Positions 30,901-39,345 of a stretch of 64,000 nt of DNA are shown here, in pieces; within the stretch, counting starts at the first letter, position 1, and every line of letters starts with the position of its first letter. A program made the position numbers and the translations under genes. Origin of the DNA: an uncultured Pelagibacteraceae bacterium (GTDB lineage: Bacteria; Pseudomonadota; Alphaproteobacteria; Pelagibacterales; Pelagibacteraceae); the NCBI GenBank assembly GCA_902551455.1, contig CACDDC010000001.1, positions 15,876 to 79,875 on the forward strand. The letters run 5' to 3'. The notes beneath the pieces are model-generated. The model made no database searches. It was not told the DNA's origin and worked only from the letters and a program-made list of their open reading frames with translations.

Positions 30901-31595
30901 TAACTTTTTTTACTATTTATTATGGAATAATATTGCTCTACTCTTTGAAAAAATTTATTTTCATATTCTTTCAATCTATCGCCTTCAACAATGAATCTTT
31001 GAAAAAATTTATCCTTTGTGCATAGTAAAATTATTCCTTGATTAATTGATGTTCCATAAACTTTATTATGGGCCGCAATATAACCTGAAAGCTGAAGGTA
31101 GTAGTCCTCATTCCAATGATCTTGTCGTGGTTTTGAAGCATTCTTGAAATCAATTATGCAACTTTTTCCCTCATAATCACCCGCAATTAGATCGGCCGCA
31201 CCAGCAAATTTACCAGGAAAAAATAATGTTTCTTCACACCCCCATATAATATTAAGCTTTTTCTTTAAACCGTTTTCAATAATTTCGTCGGCCATCATTT
31301 TTTCTCTAGTATTATCACCTAATAAGTCAAGATTTAGCTTACCTTTCAAATATTTTTCCAATATTTCATGCATCAAAGTCCCTCTATTTCCAGCTTCTTG
31401 TTTTGTAATTTGAGCTTGGACTTTGCCAACTTTATTTTCCCATTGTTTTAAGCTTTCTCGTTTCTCTGCTGGCATAGTAACAGAAAGAATGGATGTTACT
31501 GAAGGAAGTTTCTCATTATTAATCTGGTAATGTCTTTTTCCATTAAAAAGTGCTCTAGTTGAAGTTGGATAATTGTATTTTCTATTCCATTGCAC
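30897..31595 (-). CDS. PD-(D/E)xK exonuclease, phage-like (RecB/Cas4/MGME1-like fold)
   Basis: LPSVTSIL, RGTLMHEILE, E...FAGAADL...IIDFK, YYLQLSGY; GTG start. Confidence 0.85.
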   Translation of the reverse strand: MQWNRKYNYPTSTRALFNGKRHYQINNEKLPSVTSILSVTMPAEKRESLKQWENKVGKVQAQITKQEAGNRGTLMHEILEKYLKGKLNLDLLGDNTREKMMADEIIENGLKKKLNIIWGCEETLFFPGKFAGAADLIAGDYEGKSCIIDFKNASKPRQDHWNEDYYLQLSGYIAAHNKVYGTSINQGIILLCTKDKFFQRFIVEGDRLKEYENKFFQRVEQYYSIINSKKSY

Positions 31596-31605
31596 GATAA
31601 AAAGC

Positions 31606-32289
31606 CTATTTTTTAAGTAAATTAACTATTTTTAACACATTTTTATTCTTTAACGCTTTTTTATTAGCCAAAATACAAGCGCTTGTATCCATAATTTTTG
31701 AGTCTGTGAGGGTTTTTAATGAGTTACTTCTCAAAGTTTTTCCGCTTTGAACAACGTCTACTATCAAACTAGAAATGTTATTCTTGCATTCTGATTCTGT
31801 GGCACCATGAGAGTTAACTATAGAAAAATTTTTAATATTTTTATTAATAAAATAATCTTGAGCTAATTTTTTATACTTAGAAGAGCAAATTAATTTTTGA
31901 TTTTTTTTTCTCATTTCTTCTGAAACTTCCTCAAGATCTGCGAAAGAATTAACATCTACAAATTCTATTGGGACAGCGGCCATTATAGATGCTTTGCCAA
32001 AATTTAATTGTTTTACAATTTTTATATTTTTTTGTTTAAAATAACTTTCATTTTTAAGAATATCTAATCCACTAATACCAATTGAAATAATACCAGAACT
32101 TAATAGATCAACTATTTGTCGGGCATGAAGAAAATTTACTATAACATTTTTGCCCATAATTTTTCCAGTTAAACTTCTTTTATCCTTGTCGTATAATATT
32201 TTGAACTTTCTTTTTTTTAAATATTTAATACTCCCTTCAAGCAAACGTCCTTTGTTAACAACTGCCAGTACTATATTTTCTTTTTTCAT
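31606..32289 (-). CDS. hisG: ATP phosphoribosyltransferase, short form
   Basis: NKGRL, GISGLDILKNE, HGATE, IVDVVQSGKTLRSNSL. Confidence 0.92.
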   Translation of the reverse strand: MKKENIVLAVVNKGRLLEGSIKYLKKRKFKILYDKDKRSLTGKIMGKNVIVNFLHARQIVDLLSSGIISIGISGLDILKNESYFKQKNIKIVKQLNFGKASIMAAVPIEFVDVNSFADLEEVSEEMRKKNQKLICSSKYKKLAQDYFINKNIKNFSIVNSHGATESECKNNISSLIVDVVQSGKTLRSNSLKTLTDSKIMDTSACILANKKALKNKNVLKIVNLLKK

Positions 32290-33308
32290 AAATTATTTAT
32301 ATTTATAGCTCCCCCACATACCTTAATTTTTTTATTCATTATTGATGTTTTTATTCTTCCACCACTAAATATTATTTTTTTATTACTTTCTATTTTAAAA
32401 ATTAAGCCATCATACATATCCAAAGTTCTAAAGTTTTCAAATGAAGTTTTAATATTATTAACTCTTTGTAAATTTTTTGGAAAAATATAATTTAGATTTA
32501 TTTTAATTTTATTACTTTTAAAAAATTTTATTAATTTTTTTTCAACATCTTTTAATGGTGATTTAGAAATTATAATAAAATCTCTAATCAATTTTGATAT
32601 TTTTTTACCTTGATCAGGTTTTCTAGGATCAAAAATTGTTTTCTTTTCAAAACGAGAAATAATATCTTTAATTTTTCTGCGACCTATAACTAAATTTTTA
32701 TCTAAGTTTTTTAGTTTTTGGTAAATTTTAGTATCATGCTTAATTACTTTATCATCTAGATCATTTGATGTTTCTAATCTTAATAATAATTCATTAAAAT
32801 ATTCTTTGTTATTAAAATTTTTATACAACCTTGATGCCCAACGCTCATTTAAATCTTCAATGCCATAAAGGAATTCTTTAAAAATATTTGTATTACCTAT
32901 AATTAATTTTGCAGATTTTATTTTTAACTTATTTATCATTTTAATTGCAACATCTATAACCTCGGCATCATCTTTTTTTTCATTTTTGCTTCCAATAATT
33001 TCAAATCCACATTGGTCAATAATAGGTTTTTTATTTTTTTCTCTTTGTCTAAATACACTTCCTTCATAAAATATTTTTTCCCTTTTTTTTGTCTTATTGG
33101 ATACATACCTTGCTAATGACATTAAGGTTAAATCTGGACGAAGAGCCCAAGCAGTATTATAGTTGTTAAATGTAAACATTAAATGTCTAAAATTATCTGA
33201 AGACTTTTGATTTATTAAATCTACAGGTACTAAGGTATCTAAATCTACATACTTAAACTTGTTTCTCTTAAGAACTTTAGTTATCTTTGACAACTTTTTT
33301 AATTTCAT
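32286..33308 (-). CDS. hisZ: ATP phosphoribosyltransferase regulatory subunit
   Basis: ALRPDLT, YEGSVFR, QCGFEIIG; lies between hisS and hisG. Confidence 0.88.
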   Translation of the reverse strand: MKLKKLSKITKVLKRNKFKYVDLDTLVPVDLINQKSSDNFRHLMFTFNNYNTAWALRPDLTLMSLARYVSNKTKKREKIFYEGSVFRQREKNKKPIIDQCGFEIIGSKNEKKDDAEVIDVAIKMINKLKIKSAKLIIGNTNIFKEFLYGIEDLNERWASRLYKNFNNKEYFNELLLRLETSNDLDDKVIKHDTKIYQKLKNLDKNLVIGRRKIKDIISRFEKKTIFDPRKPDQGKKISKLIRDFIIISKSPLKDVEKKLIKFFKSNKIKINLNYIFPKNLQRVNNIKTSFENFRTLDMYDGLIFKIESNKKIIFSGGRIKTSIMNKKIKVCGGAININNL

Positions 33309-34689
33309 CTATTAAATCTTTCATAAAAACTGTAGATTGGTTTTCTTGTCCTTTGGGTGCTAGTAAATTTTTTATAGTAACTGTGTTTTTCTTAATCTCA
33401 TCTCCCCCCACAATCAAAGCTATTTTGAGTTGACGCTTATTGGCATAGGTAAGCTGCTTGGTTAAGTTTTTTTTAGAATCTAGAAATATTTCAGAATTAA
33501 TATTATTTTTTCTCAATAGATTTAAGATTTCATAATATTTCGGTAATAAATTCTCATCCATTACACATATTAAAACCGGCTTACTTTCATCTGCTTTAAT
33601 TTGATTAAGTTGTTCAACACAATAAGTTAGACGAGAAATTCCTATGCTGACCCCTGATCCTAAAAAATTATCTCCTTTAAATTTTGAAACCAAATATTCC
33701 CCTCCACTCGCAACAGATCCAGGTGCAATAACTTTTCCTTTAGAATTTTTAACATCAAAAGTTAGATTGGTTTCTACGATAAAACCCGAATATATGTCCA
33801 AACCTCTACAAATTTTTCCTGAAAAATTAATAAGATCAGCATATTCTCCATATCTTAGATTTTCTAATAAATCCTCTGTTTCTTTAATACCTTCTTGAGA
33901 TAACGAGTCTTTTAAATTTGATTTCAGTTTTTTTAAATCTTTTATTTTTAAGAAACTAATTATCTCAGATGTTTGTGTTTCGCTTAATTTTGCTCCAACC
34001 GTTACTGCTCCACTTGCATCAGTCCTTTTTTCTCTTAATAAATCTGTAACACCTAAAATTCCAAAATTTTTTTTATCAAGCTTATCTATTGCTCTTAAAA
34101 CTTTTTGTTTTTGTTTTTGATCTGTTATCTTTAATTGATTTAATAGCCCATCAATAATTTTTCTATTACTAATATTAATTACAAATTGACCTTTTTTTAG
34201 TCCACACTTTAAAAGTGTACTAGCTATAAGATTACATAGTTCTGTATTAGCAATGGTAGAATTAAATTTTCCTATTATATCACAATCACATTGACCGAAG
34301 GCTTTGTATCTGCCGCTCCCTGGCTTTTCTCGTCTAAAAACATTTTCTGCAATCTGATAACGTTTATATGGGTTTGGTAACGTCAAATAGTTTTGAGCGT
34401 AGAACCTAGAAAGTGGCAGAGAGAGGTCATAAATTAGACTCAGCTTTTCCCCATCTGGCTCCTCAAAAGTGAAAATATCAGACATAGGATTGCTATCGTC
34501 TTCAGACAAAGAATTTCCTATAACAGAACTTAGTTCCATAGGAGATGTACTCAAAGCACTAAATCCGTATCTTTTAAAATTATCCTCAATAGCTACCAAA
34601 AGCTTTTTTTTTAAAGATAAAGTTTTACCCCATTGATCTTGAAAACCTTTTGGAAGCTTTGCATCAATTAATTTTTTTTCTTTATTCAT
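33277..34689 (-). CDS. hisS: Histidine--tRNA ligase
   Basis: LPKGFQD, VFRREKPGSGRYKAFGQCDCD, RGLDIYSG, C-terminal anticodon-binding domain. Confidence 0.93.
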   Translation of the reverse strand: MNKEKKLIDAKLPKGFQDQWGKTLSLKKKLLVAIEDNFKRYGFSALSTSPMELSSVIGNSLSEDDSNPMSDIFTFEEPDGEKLSLIYDLSLPLSRFYAQNYLTLPNPYKRYQIAENVFRREKPGSGRYKAFGQCDCDIIGKFNSTIANTELCNLIASTLLKCGLKKGQFVINISNRKIIDGLLNQLKITDQKQKQKVLRAIDKLDKKNFGILGVTDLLREKRTDASGAVTVGAKLSETQTSEIISFLKIKDLKKLKSNLKDSLSQEGIKETEDLLENLRYGEYADLINFSGKICRGLDIYSGFIVETNLTFDVKNSKGKVIAPGSVASGGEYLVSKFKGDNFLGSGVSIGISRLTYCVEQLNQIKADESKPVLICVMDENLLPKYYEILNLLRKNNINSEIFLDSKKNLTKQLTYANKRQLKIALIVGGDEIKKNTVTIKNLLAPKGQENQSTVFMKDLIDEIKKVVKDN

Positions 34690-34691
34690 CT

Positions 34692-34765
34692 TGGTACCCC
34701 ATCGCCGTTATGCTCGGCGTCCTCATTCTCCACAGGAATGCGTGCTACTATTACACCAAAGGGGC
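34692..34765 (-). tRNA. tRNA-His(GUG), non-canonical D and T loops
   Basis: GCCCCTT TG GTGT AATAGTA GCAC G CATTC CTGTGGA GAATG AGGA CGCCG AGCATAA CGGCG ATGGGGT A CCA; complete cloverleaf with encoded CCA, next to hisS. Confidence 0.85.
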
Positions 34766-34938
34766 CTATCCTTTCTTTTATACTAATTAATATTAAATTT
34801 AAATTTTTATATGATTAAAATGATAGCGCTAAGCTACCATGTTTGTGGAAATGGTGACTTTTTGTATTTACAAATAATATAACTTTTTTTATCATTGATA
34901 TGTAGATAACACTTTTTTTAAATAATTCAAGAGAACAT

Positions 34939-34981
34939 TGCATAGGGATAATAAAAAAATAATTTTTTAAATCCCTATACA
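34939..34981 (-). terminator. Hairpin downstream of cold-shock gene
   Basis: TGTATAGGGAT...ATCCCTATGCA inverted repeat; no clear U tract. Confidence 0.4.
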
Positions 34982-35002
34982 AATGATGATTGAAAATCTG
35001 AT

Positions 35003-35215
35003 TTACTGTTCCTTGGATAGTCGTACAGCCGAAGGTCCCTTCTCTCCAGATTCTACTTCAAAGGTTATCACGTCGCCCTCGTTTAGAAAACGAAGACCCG
35101 CGTCCCTCACGGCGCTGGCATGGACAAAAACATCCTTCTCTTTATCATCTCGTTCTATGAATCCATACCCTTTCTTGCCATTGAACCATTTTACTCGTCC
35201 GGTCAATTTAGTCAT
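35003..35215 (-). CDS. cspA: Cold-shock protein
   Basis: GRVKWFNGKKGYGFI, DVFVHASA, KGPSA. Confidence 0.93.
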   Translation of the reverse strand: MTKLTGRVKWFNGKKGYGFIERDDKEKDVFVHASAVRDAGLRFLNEGDVITFEVESGEKGPSAVRLSKEQ

Positions 35216-35433
35216 ATTTACTTTACTCTTTCTTGTTACTTTACTTTATTCAGCTAAATATTTTTAGCTGAGCTCTAGTTATTAAAAATTACAAGTTTTT
35301 GCAAGTTTATTATTCTTATTTAATTAATTATTTTTTTTAGTAACTCTTTTGCAACTTAATAATAAAATAATTTACTAAAGTATTTTAATTAAGATATTGG
35401 CTTAAGATCCTAACGTATTTCACATACTTCTAC

Positions 35434-35455
35434 AACGACACATACTCTTTCAGAG
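35434..35455 (-). repeat. Imperfect duplicate of the tRNA-Phe anticodon/variable segment
   Basis: aacgacacatactctttcagag versus aacgacacataccttttcaggg at 35481-35502 (19/22 identical). Confidence 0.7.
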
Positions 35456-35530
35456 TGGTGGCCTTGGTTTGAATCGCACAAACGACACATACCTTTTCAG
35501 GGTACTGCTCTACTACTGAGCTACAAGGCC
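35456..35530 (-). tRNA. tRNA-Phe(GAA) with A18/G55 elbow
   Basis: GGCCTTG TA GCTC AGTAGTA GAGC A GTACC CTGAAAA GGTAT GTGTC GTTTG TGCGATT CAAAC CAAGGCC A CCA. Confidence 0.92.
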
Positions 35531-35746
35531 TTAAAACCGAAACACGATCCTCGCTCTGGACAGGTCGTAAGGGGATATACTACAAAGTACTTGATCTCCA
35601 TCTAATACACGAATCCTATTTTTTTTTAATTTCCCTGCTGTATATCCGATGCATGTATGGCCGTTTTCAAGCAAGATTTCAAACATAGCGTTGGGGAGAC
35701 TTTTTATAATTTTACCCTTAAATTCTAAGACTTGTTCTTTTGTCAA
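35531..35746 (-). CDS. infA: Translation initiation factor IF-1
   Basis: LPNAMFEILLENGH, AGKLKKNRIRVLDGD, SPYDLSRARIVFRF; TTG start. Confidence 0.95.
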   Translation of the reverse strand: MTKEQVLEFKGKIIKSLPNAMFEILLENGHTCIGYTAGKLKKNRIRVLDGDQVLCSISPYDLSRARIVFRF

Positions 35747-35747
35747 A

Positions 35748-37013
35748 CTATTTACTCCTCATTCTTGATCTAATTGATTTTGAATGTCCATGTAGATTTT
35801 CATAATCTGCGAGATGTGTAGCGTATTCTCCTATTTTCTCAATACCTAATTTTGATAGCTTAATATGGCTTATTTTTTTATAAAATTCACTCAAATTTAA
35901 ACCTGATGCAAATTTTGCTGTTCCTAAGGTTCCTAAATTGTGGTTACTACCTGTATTATAATCAGATGCTGCCATGGGGCTGTATTTACCAATACAAACA
36001 CTGCCTACATTAAATATATGATTAAGATACTTTTTATATTTAGAAAGATTCAATTCTAAATGTTCAGGAGACAGTTCATTAATTACTTCAACTATTTGTT
36101 TATCATTTTGACATAAGACAATAAGTCCGTGATTTTTTAAGCTTTTAGTAGCAATTTTTTTTCTAGGTAAGTTTTTTAAGTACAAACTAATATTCTTAAT
36201 TACATTATTTTTTAATTCTTTATATTTTGTAACCAATATACTTTGACTTTCAAAACCATGTTCAGATTGCGCAACCATTGATGATAGAACTTCATTAAGA
36301 TTTGTATTTTTATCTGCTACAACACAAATTTCCGAAGGTCCTGCAATAAATCCCTCTGTTCCAACTTCACCAAATACTAATCTTTTCGCTTTAGCAACAT
36401 AGTCATTTCCGGGGCCAGTTATCTTATTGACTTTTTTAACATAGGCAAGATTTCCAATTGCTTGGGCTCCACCACAAGTAATTATCTCAGAGACTCCACA
36501 TTTTTTAGCAGCATACATTACACCTGGGTTTAACTTTCCATTTGTACGTGGAGTGGCAACTATAATCTTTTTTACACCTGCTATTTGGCATGGTATTGCG
36601 TTCATTAATAAGCTTGATGGTAAATTGGAAGGTACGTATATACCACATATTTGAATTGGGACATTAATGTATTCAATTATATTTTTATATTTATCAACAA
36701 ATTTTATATTCTTTGATTTTTGTAATGAGTGAAATTTAAAAATCCTAGAATAAGCAAAATCAATTGCCTTTTTAGTTTTTGGATTTAATTTTTTTATTGA
36801 TTGATTAATCTCTATTTTCGTAGTTTTTATTTTGGTATTCTTGCTAAATTTTTTTTCATATTTTAATACAGCTTTAAGTTTATTTTTTTTAATATCTTTT
36901 AAAATTTTATATACAATGGAAGTATCGATATTTTTACCCGATCTTCTCTTATCTAAAAAATCAATAATTTTTTTTTTATAATTTTTATTTTTACAATTGA
37001 TTACTTTTATCAT
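35748..37013 (-). CDS. hisD: Histidinol dehydrogenase
   Basis: GIYVP, GPGNDYV, AGPSEI, QSEH, PEHLEL. Confidence 0.93.
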   Translation of the reverse strand: MIKVINCKNKNYKKKIIDFLDKRRSGKNIDTSIVYKILKDIKKNKLKAVLKYEKKFSKNTKIKTTKIEINQSIKKLNPKTKKAIDFAYSRIFKFHSLQKSKNIKFVDKYKNIIEYINVPIQICGIYVPSNLPSSLLMNAIPCQIAGVKKIIVATPRTNGKLNPGVMYAAKKCGVSEIITCGGAQAIGNLAYVKKVNKITGPGNDYVAKAKRLVFGEVGTEGFIAGPSEICVVADKNTNLNEVLSSMVAQSEHGFESQSILVTKYKELKNNVIKNISLYLKNLPRKKIATKSLKNHGLIVLCQNDKQIVEVINELSPEHLELNLSKYKKYLNHIFNVGSVCIGKYSPMAASDYNTGSNHNLGTLGTAKFASGLNLSEFYKKISHIKLSKLGIEKIGEYATHLADYENLHGHSKSIRSRMRSK

Positions 37014-37401
37014 TTATTTTTTGATCCTCTAATGTTACTTCAATAATTTCAGCGGACAAAGTTATAATTCCATTCTCAGAAAGTAAAAGCAAAATTTCAT
37101 AATTATTTTCTTTTTTAAAATGATTAATTGCCAATAATTTTAGAGGCAAGTCGGGGTTATTTGTATTAATATTTATTGATTTTGCAGAGTCTATAAATTC
37201 AAATTTAATGATACTATTGATTTTTTTATTATTTTTTTCAGACTCTTTAACAAGTCTTTCTACTGATAATAGAAATAACTTATTTTTTGGTAAATACTTA
37301 ACACCGTCTAGGTTTACCTTTGCCTCTGAACAAAAAGCAGAAATAATCTGTAAATCTTTTGGCGTTTGTGCAATAATTTTTTTTAGAAACCTTTTTTCCA
37401 T
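36991..37401 (-). CDS. DUF2948-family protein
   Basis: DLQIISA...IEVTLEDQ; murA-DUF2948-hisD order. Confidence 0.75.
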   Translation of the reverse strand: MEKRFLKKIIAQTPKDLQIISAFCSEAKVNLDGVKYLPKNKLFLLSVERLVKESEKNNKKINSIIKFEFIDSAKSININTNNPDLPLKLLAINHFKKENNYEILLLLSENGIITLSAEIIEVTLEDQKINDKSNQL

Positions 37402-38666
37402 TAAGTTAATCTTTTTATATTAACCCCAATTTTTTTTAACTTTTTTTCTAATTTTTCATATCCTCTATCAAGGTGATACACTCGTTGTATAATACTTTTT
37501 CCTTTTGCAGACATTGCGGCCAAAACTAAAGCAACTGACGCTCTTAAGTCACTTGACATAAGCTCAGCACCTTCTAAATGGGAATTTCCTTCTATTATTG
37601 CTTTGTTATTTTTAATGAAAATTTTTGCTCCCAATCTTTGTAATTCAGAAACATGCATAAATCTATTTTCAAAGATATTTTCAGTGATTATGCTTCTTCC
37701 ATTTGCTTTGCAAAGCAGAGTCATAAATTGAGCCTGTAAATCTGTTGGGAAACCTGGGTATTCCTTTGTATTTAAATTTTTTATATTTTTAACTTGTTTT
37801 GGTCCATAGATTGTAAATTCGTTTTTTCCATTTATTATTTTAGCACCAATTTTTTTTAATATTTCAAGTTCTGTGTTTATTAACTTTGGATTAAAACCTT
37901 TTATTTTTAGATTTCCATTTGTTAAGGCAGCAGCTATCGCCATAGTACCTGTTTCAATTCTATCTCCCATGACTGAATAGCTTATACTTTTTAAAGACTC
38001 TACTCCTATTATTTTAACAGTTCTTTTTCCGGTCCATTTAATATTTGCACCTGCTTTATTTAAAAAATTTGTTAAATCTTTTATTTCAGGTTCTATAGCA
38101 CAATTTCTTAAAACAGTTTTTCCCTTAGCTAAACATGATGCTAAAATTGCATTTTCGGTTGTACCCACTGATATTTTAGAAATTTTTATATCTGCTCCAA
38201 TTAAATTATTTTTAACATGGGCATTTATGTAACCATTTCTAATATTATATTTCATACCAAGTTTTTTTAGAGTGTTTAAGTGGAGTCCTACAGGCCTTGC
38301 TCCAATTAAACAACCACCGGGCATTGATGTAGTTGCTTTTTTATATTTTGATAGCAATGGTCCGAGAACAAGAATTGATGCCCTCATGGTTTTAACTAAT
38401 GAATAAGGCGCAACAGTTTTAACTCTTTTTGATTTAATAATTTTTAATGATTTGTTTTTTTTATTTTCTATAACCTTTAAGTTTAATGACTTTAACAAAG
38501 ATATCATTGTGCTTATATCTTTAACTTGAGGTAAATTTTTAATTTCTACAGGTTTATCAAAAAGTAAGGTGGAGGCTAAAATTGGTAAAGCTGCGTTCTT
38601 CGACCCGCTAATAAGTACGTCACCTTTTATCTTACATGGACCTTTTATAATAAATTTATCCATCAA
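37401..38666 (-). CDS. murA: UDP-N-acetylglucosamine enolpyruvyl transferase
   Basis: SGSKNAALPI, PGGCLIGARPV, YPGFPTDLQAQ, HLDRGYE. Confidence 0.97.
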   Translation of the reverse strand: MMDKFIIKGPCKIKGDVLISGSKNAALPILASTLLFDKPVEIKNLPQVKDISTMISLLKSLNLKVIENKKNKSLKIIKSKRVKTVAPYSLVKTMRASILVLGPLLSKYKKATTSMPGGCLIGARPVGLHLNTLKKLGMKYNIRNGYINAHVKNNLIGADIKISKISVGTTENAILASCLAKGKTVLRNCAIEPEIKDLTNFLNKAGANIKWTGKRTVKIIGVESLKSISYSVMGDRIETGTMAIAAALTNGNLKIKGFNPKLINTELEILKKIGAKIINGKNEFTIYGPKQVKNIKNLNTKEYPGFPTDLQAQFMTLLCKANGRSIITENIFENRFMHVSELQRLGAKIFIKNNKAIIEGNSHLEGAELMSSDLRASVALVLAAMSAKGKSIIQRVYHLDRGYEKLEKKLKKIGVNIKRLT

Positions 38667-39233
38667 TTACTTTGATTTAGCAAAAGTTATTTTTTGATCG
38701 CCTTGTCCTTGATTTTGGTATTTTCCTTTTTTATCAGAGTACGAAACAGCTGGCTCTTCACCTTTAAAAAAAAGTATTTGGCTTATTCCAGTGTTTGAAT
38801 AAACTCTAATTGGGTTTGAATGATGGTTTACCAGCTCGAGTACAAGGACACCACTCCATCCAGATTCTAAAACTGATGGTGGGTGGCCTAAGCCTACACG
38901 ACAGTAAGTAGATTTAAGTGTAACAAGACCAGTTATATCTCTTGGCATTTTGAAAGTTTCAAGGGAATGGCATAATGCAAAGCTGTTAGGTGGTATCAAT
39001 ATTGATTCATCATTTTTTACAGTTACAAAATTATCTTCTGAAAAATTTTTTGGATCAGCTACTACGTTTCCTTTTATGTTTGTAAAAATTTTAAACTCTG
39101 AACCGGTTGAAATATCATACCCATACGATTGAAGACCCTTGCTAATACCATTAGATACTGATTTGTCTAGAAAAGGAGTTATCATTCCCTCTTCTTCAGC
39201 TAGTTTTTTTATTTGTTTATCATTTAAAATCAT
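38667..39233 (-). CDS. dcd: dCTP deaminase
   Basis: SYGYDI, IPPNSFAL, KSTYCRVG, KGKYQNQ. Confidence 0.9.
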   Translation of the reverse strand: MILNDKQIKKLAEEEGMITPFLDKSVSNGISKGLQSYGYDISTGSEFKIFTNIKGNVVADPKNFSEDNFVTVKNDESILIPPNSFALCHSLETFKMPRDITGLVTLKSTYCRVGLGHPPSVLESGWSGVLVLELVNHHSNPIRVYSNTGISQILFFKGEEPAVSYSDKKGKYQNQGQGDQKITFAKSK

Positions 39234-39341
39234 TTATTTATTTTTTTTAAATTTTAATTTTTTTTGAAGTATTTTTCTTTTTCTTAAATTTTTTCTTAAA
39301 GCAATCGCTAGTTTACTAACTTTATCTTTTCTAGCGTTCAT
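39234..39341 (-). CDS. Small basic protein, 35 aa, below ORF-track cutoff
   Basis: MNARKDKVSKLAIALRKNLRKRKILQKKLKFKKNK*; fills the gap between upstream ORF and dcd, stop abutting the dcd ATG. Confidence 0.7.
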   Translation of the reverse strand: MNARKDKVSKLAIALRKNLRKRKILQKKLKFKKNK

Positions 39342-39345
39342 GAAC

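Noticed and set aside
30897-31595. Cas4/CRISPR interpretation of the PD-(D/E)xK nuclease
   Set aside because: No four-cysteine Fe-S motif, no cas1/cas2 and no repeat-spacer array seen in the window.
26486-31595. Prophage or integrative element
   Set aside because: No integrase, transposase, structural genes or flanking att repeats were found.
34815-34860. Short inverted repeat ACCAT...ATGGT upstream of tRNA-His
   Set aside because: A 5-bp stem with no other support.
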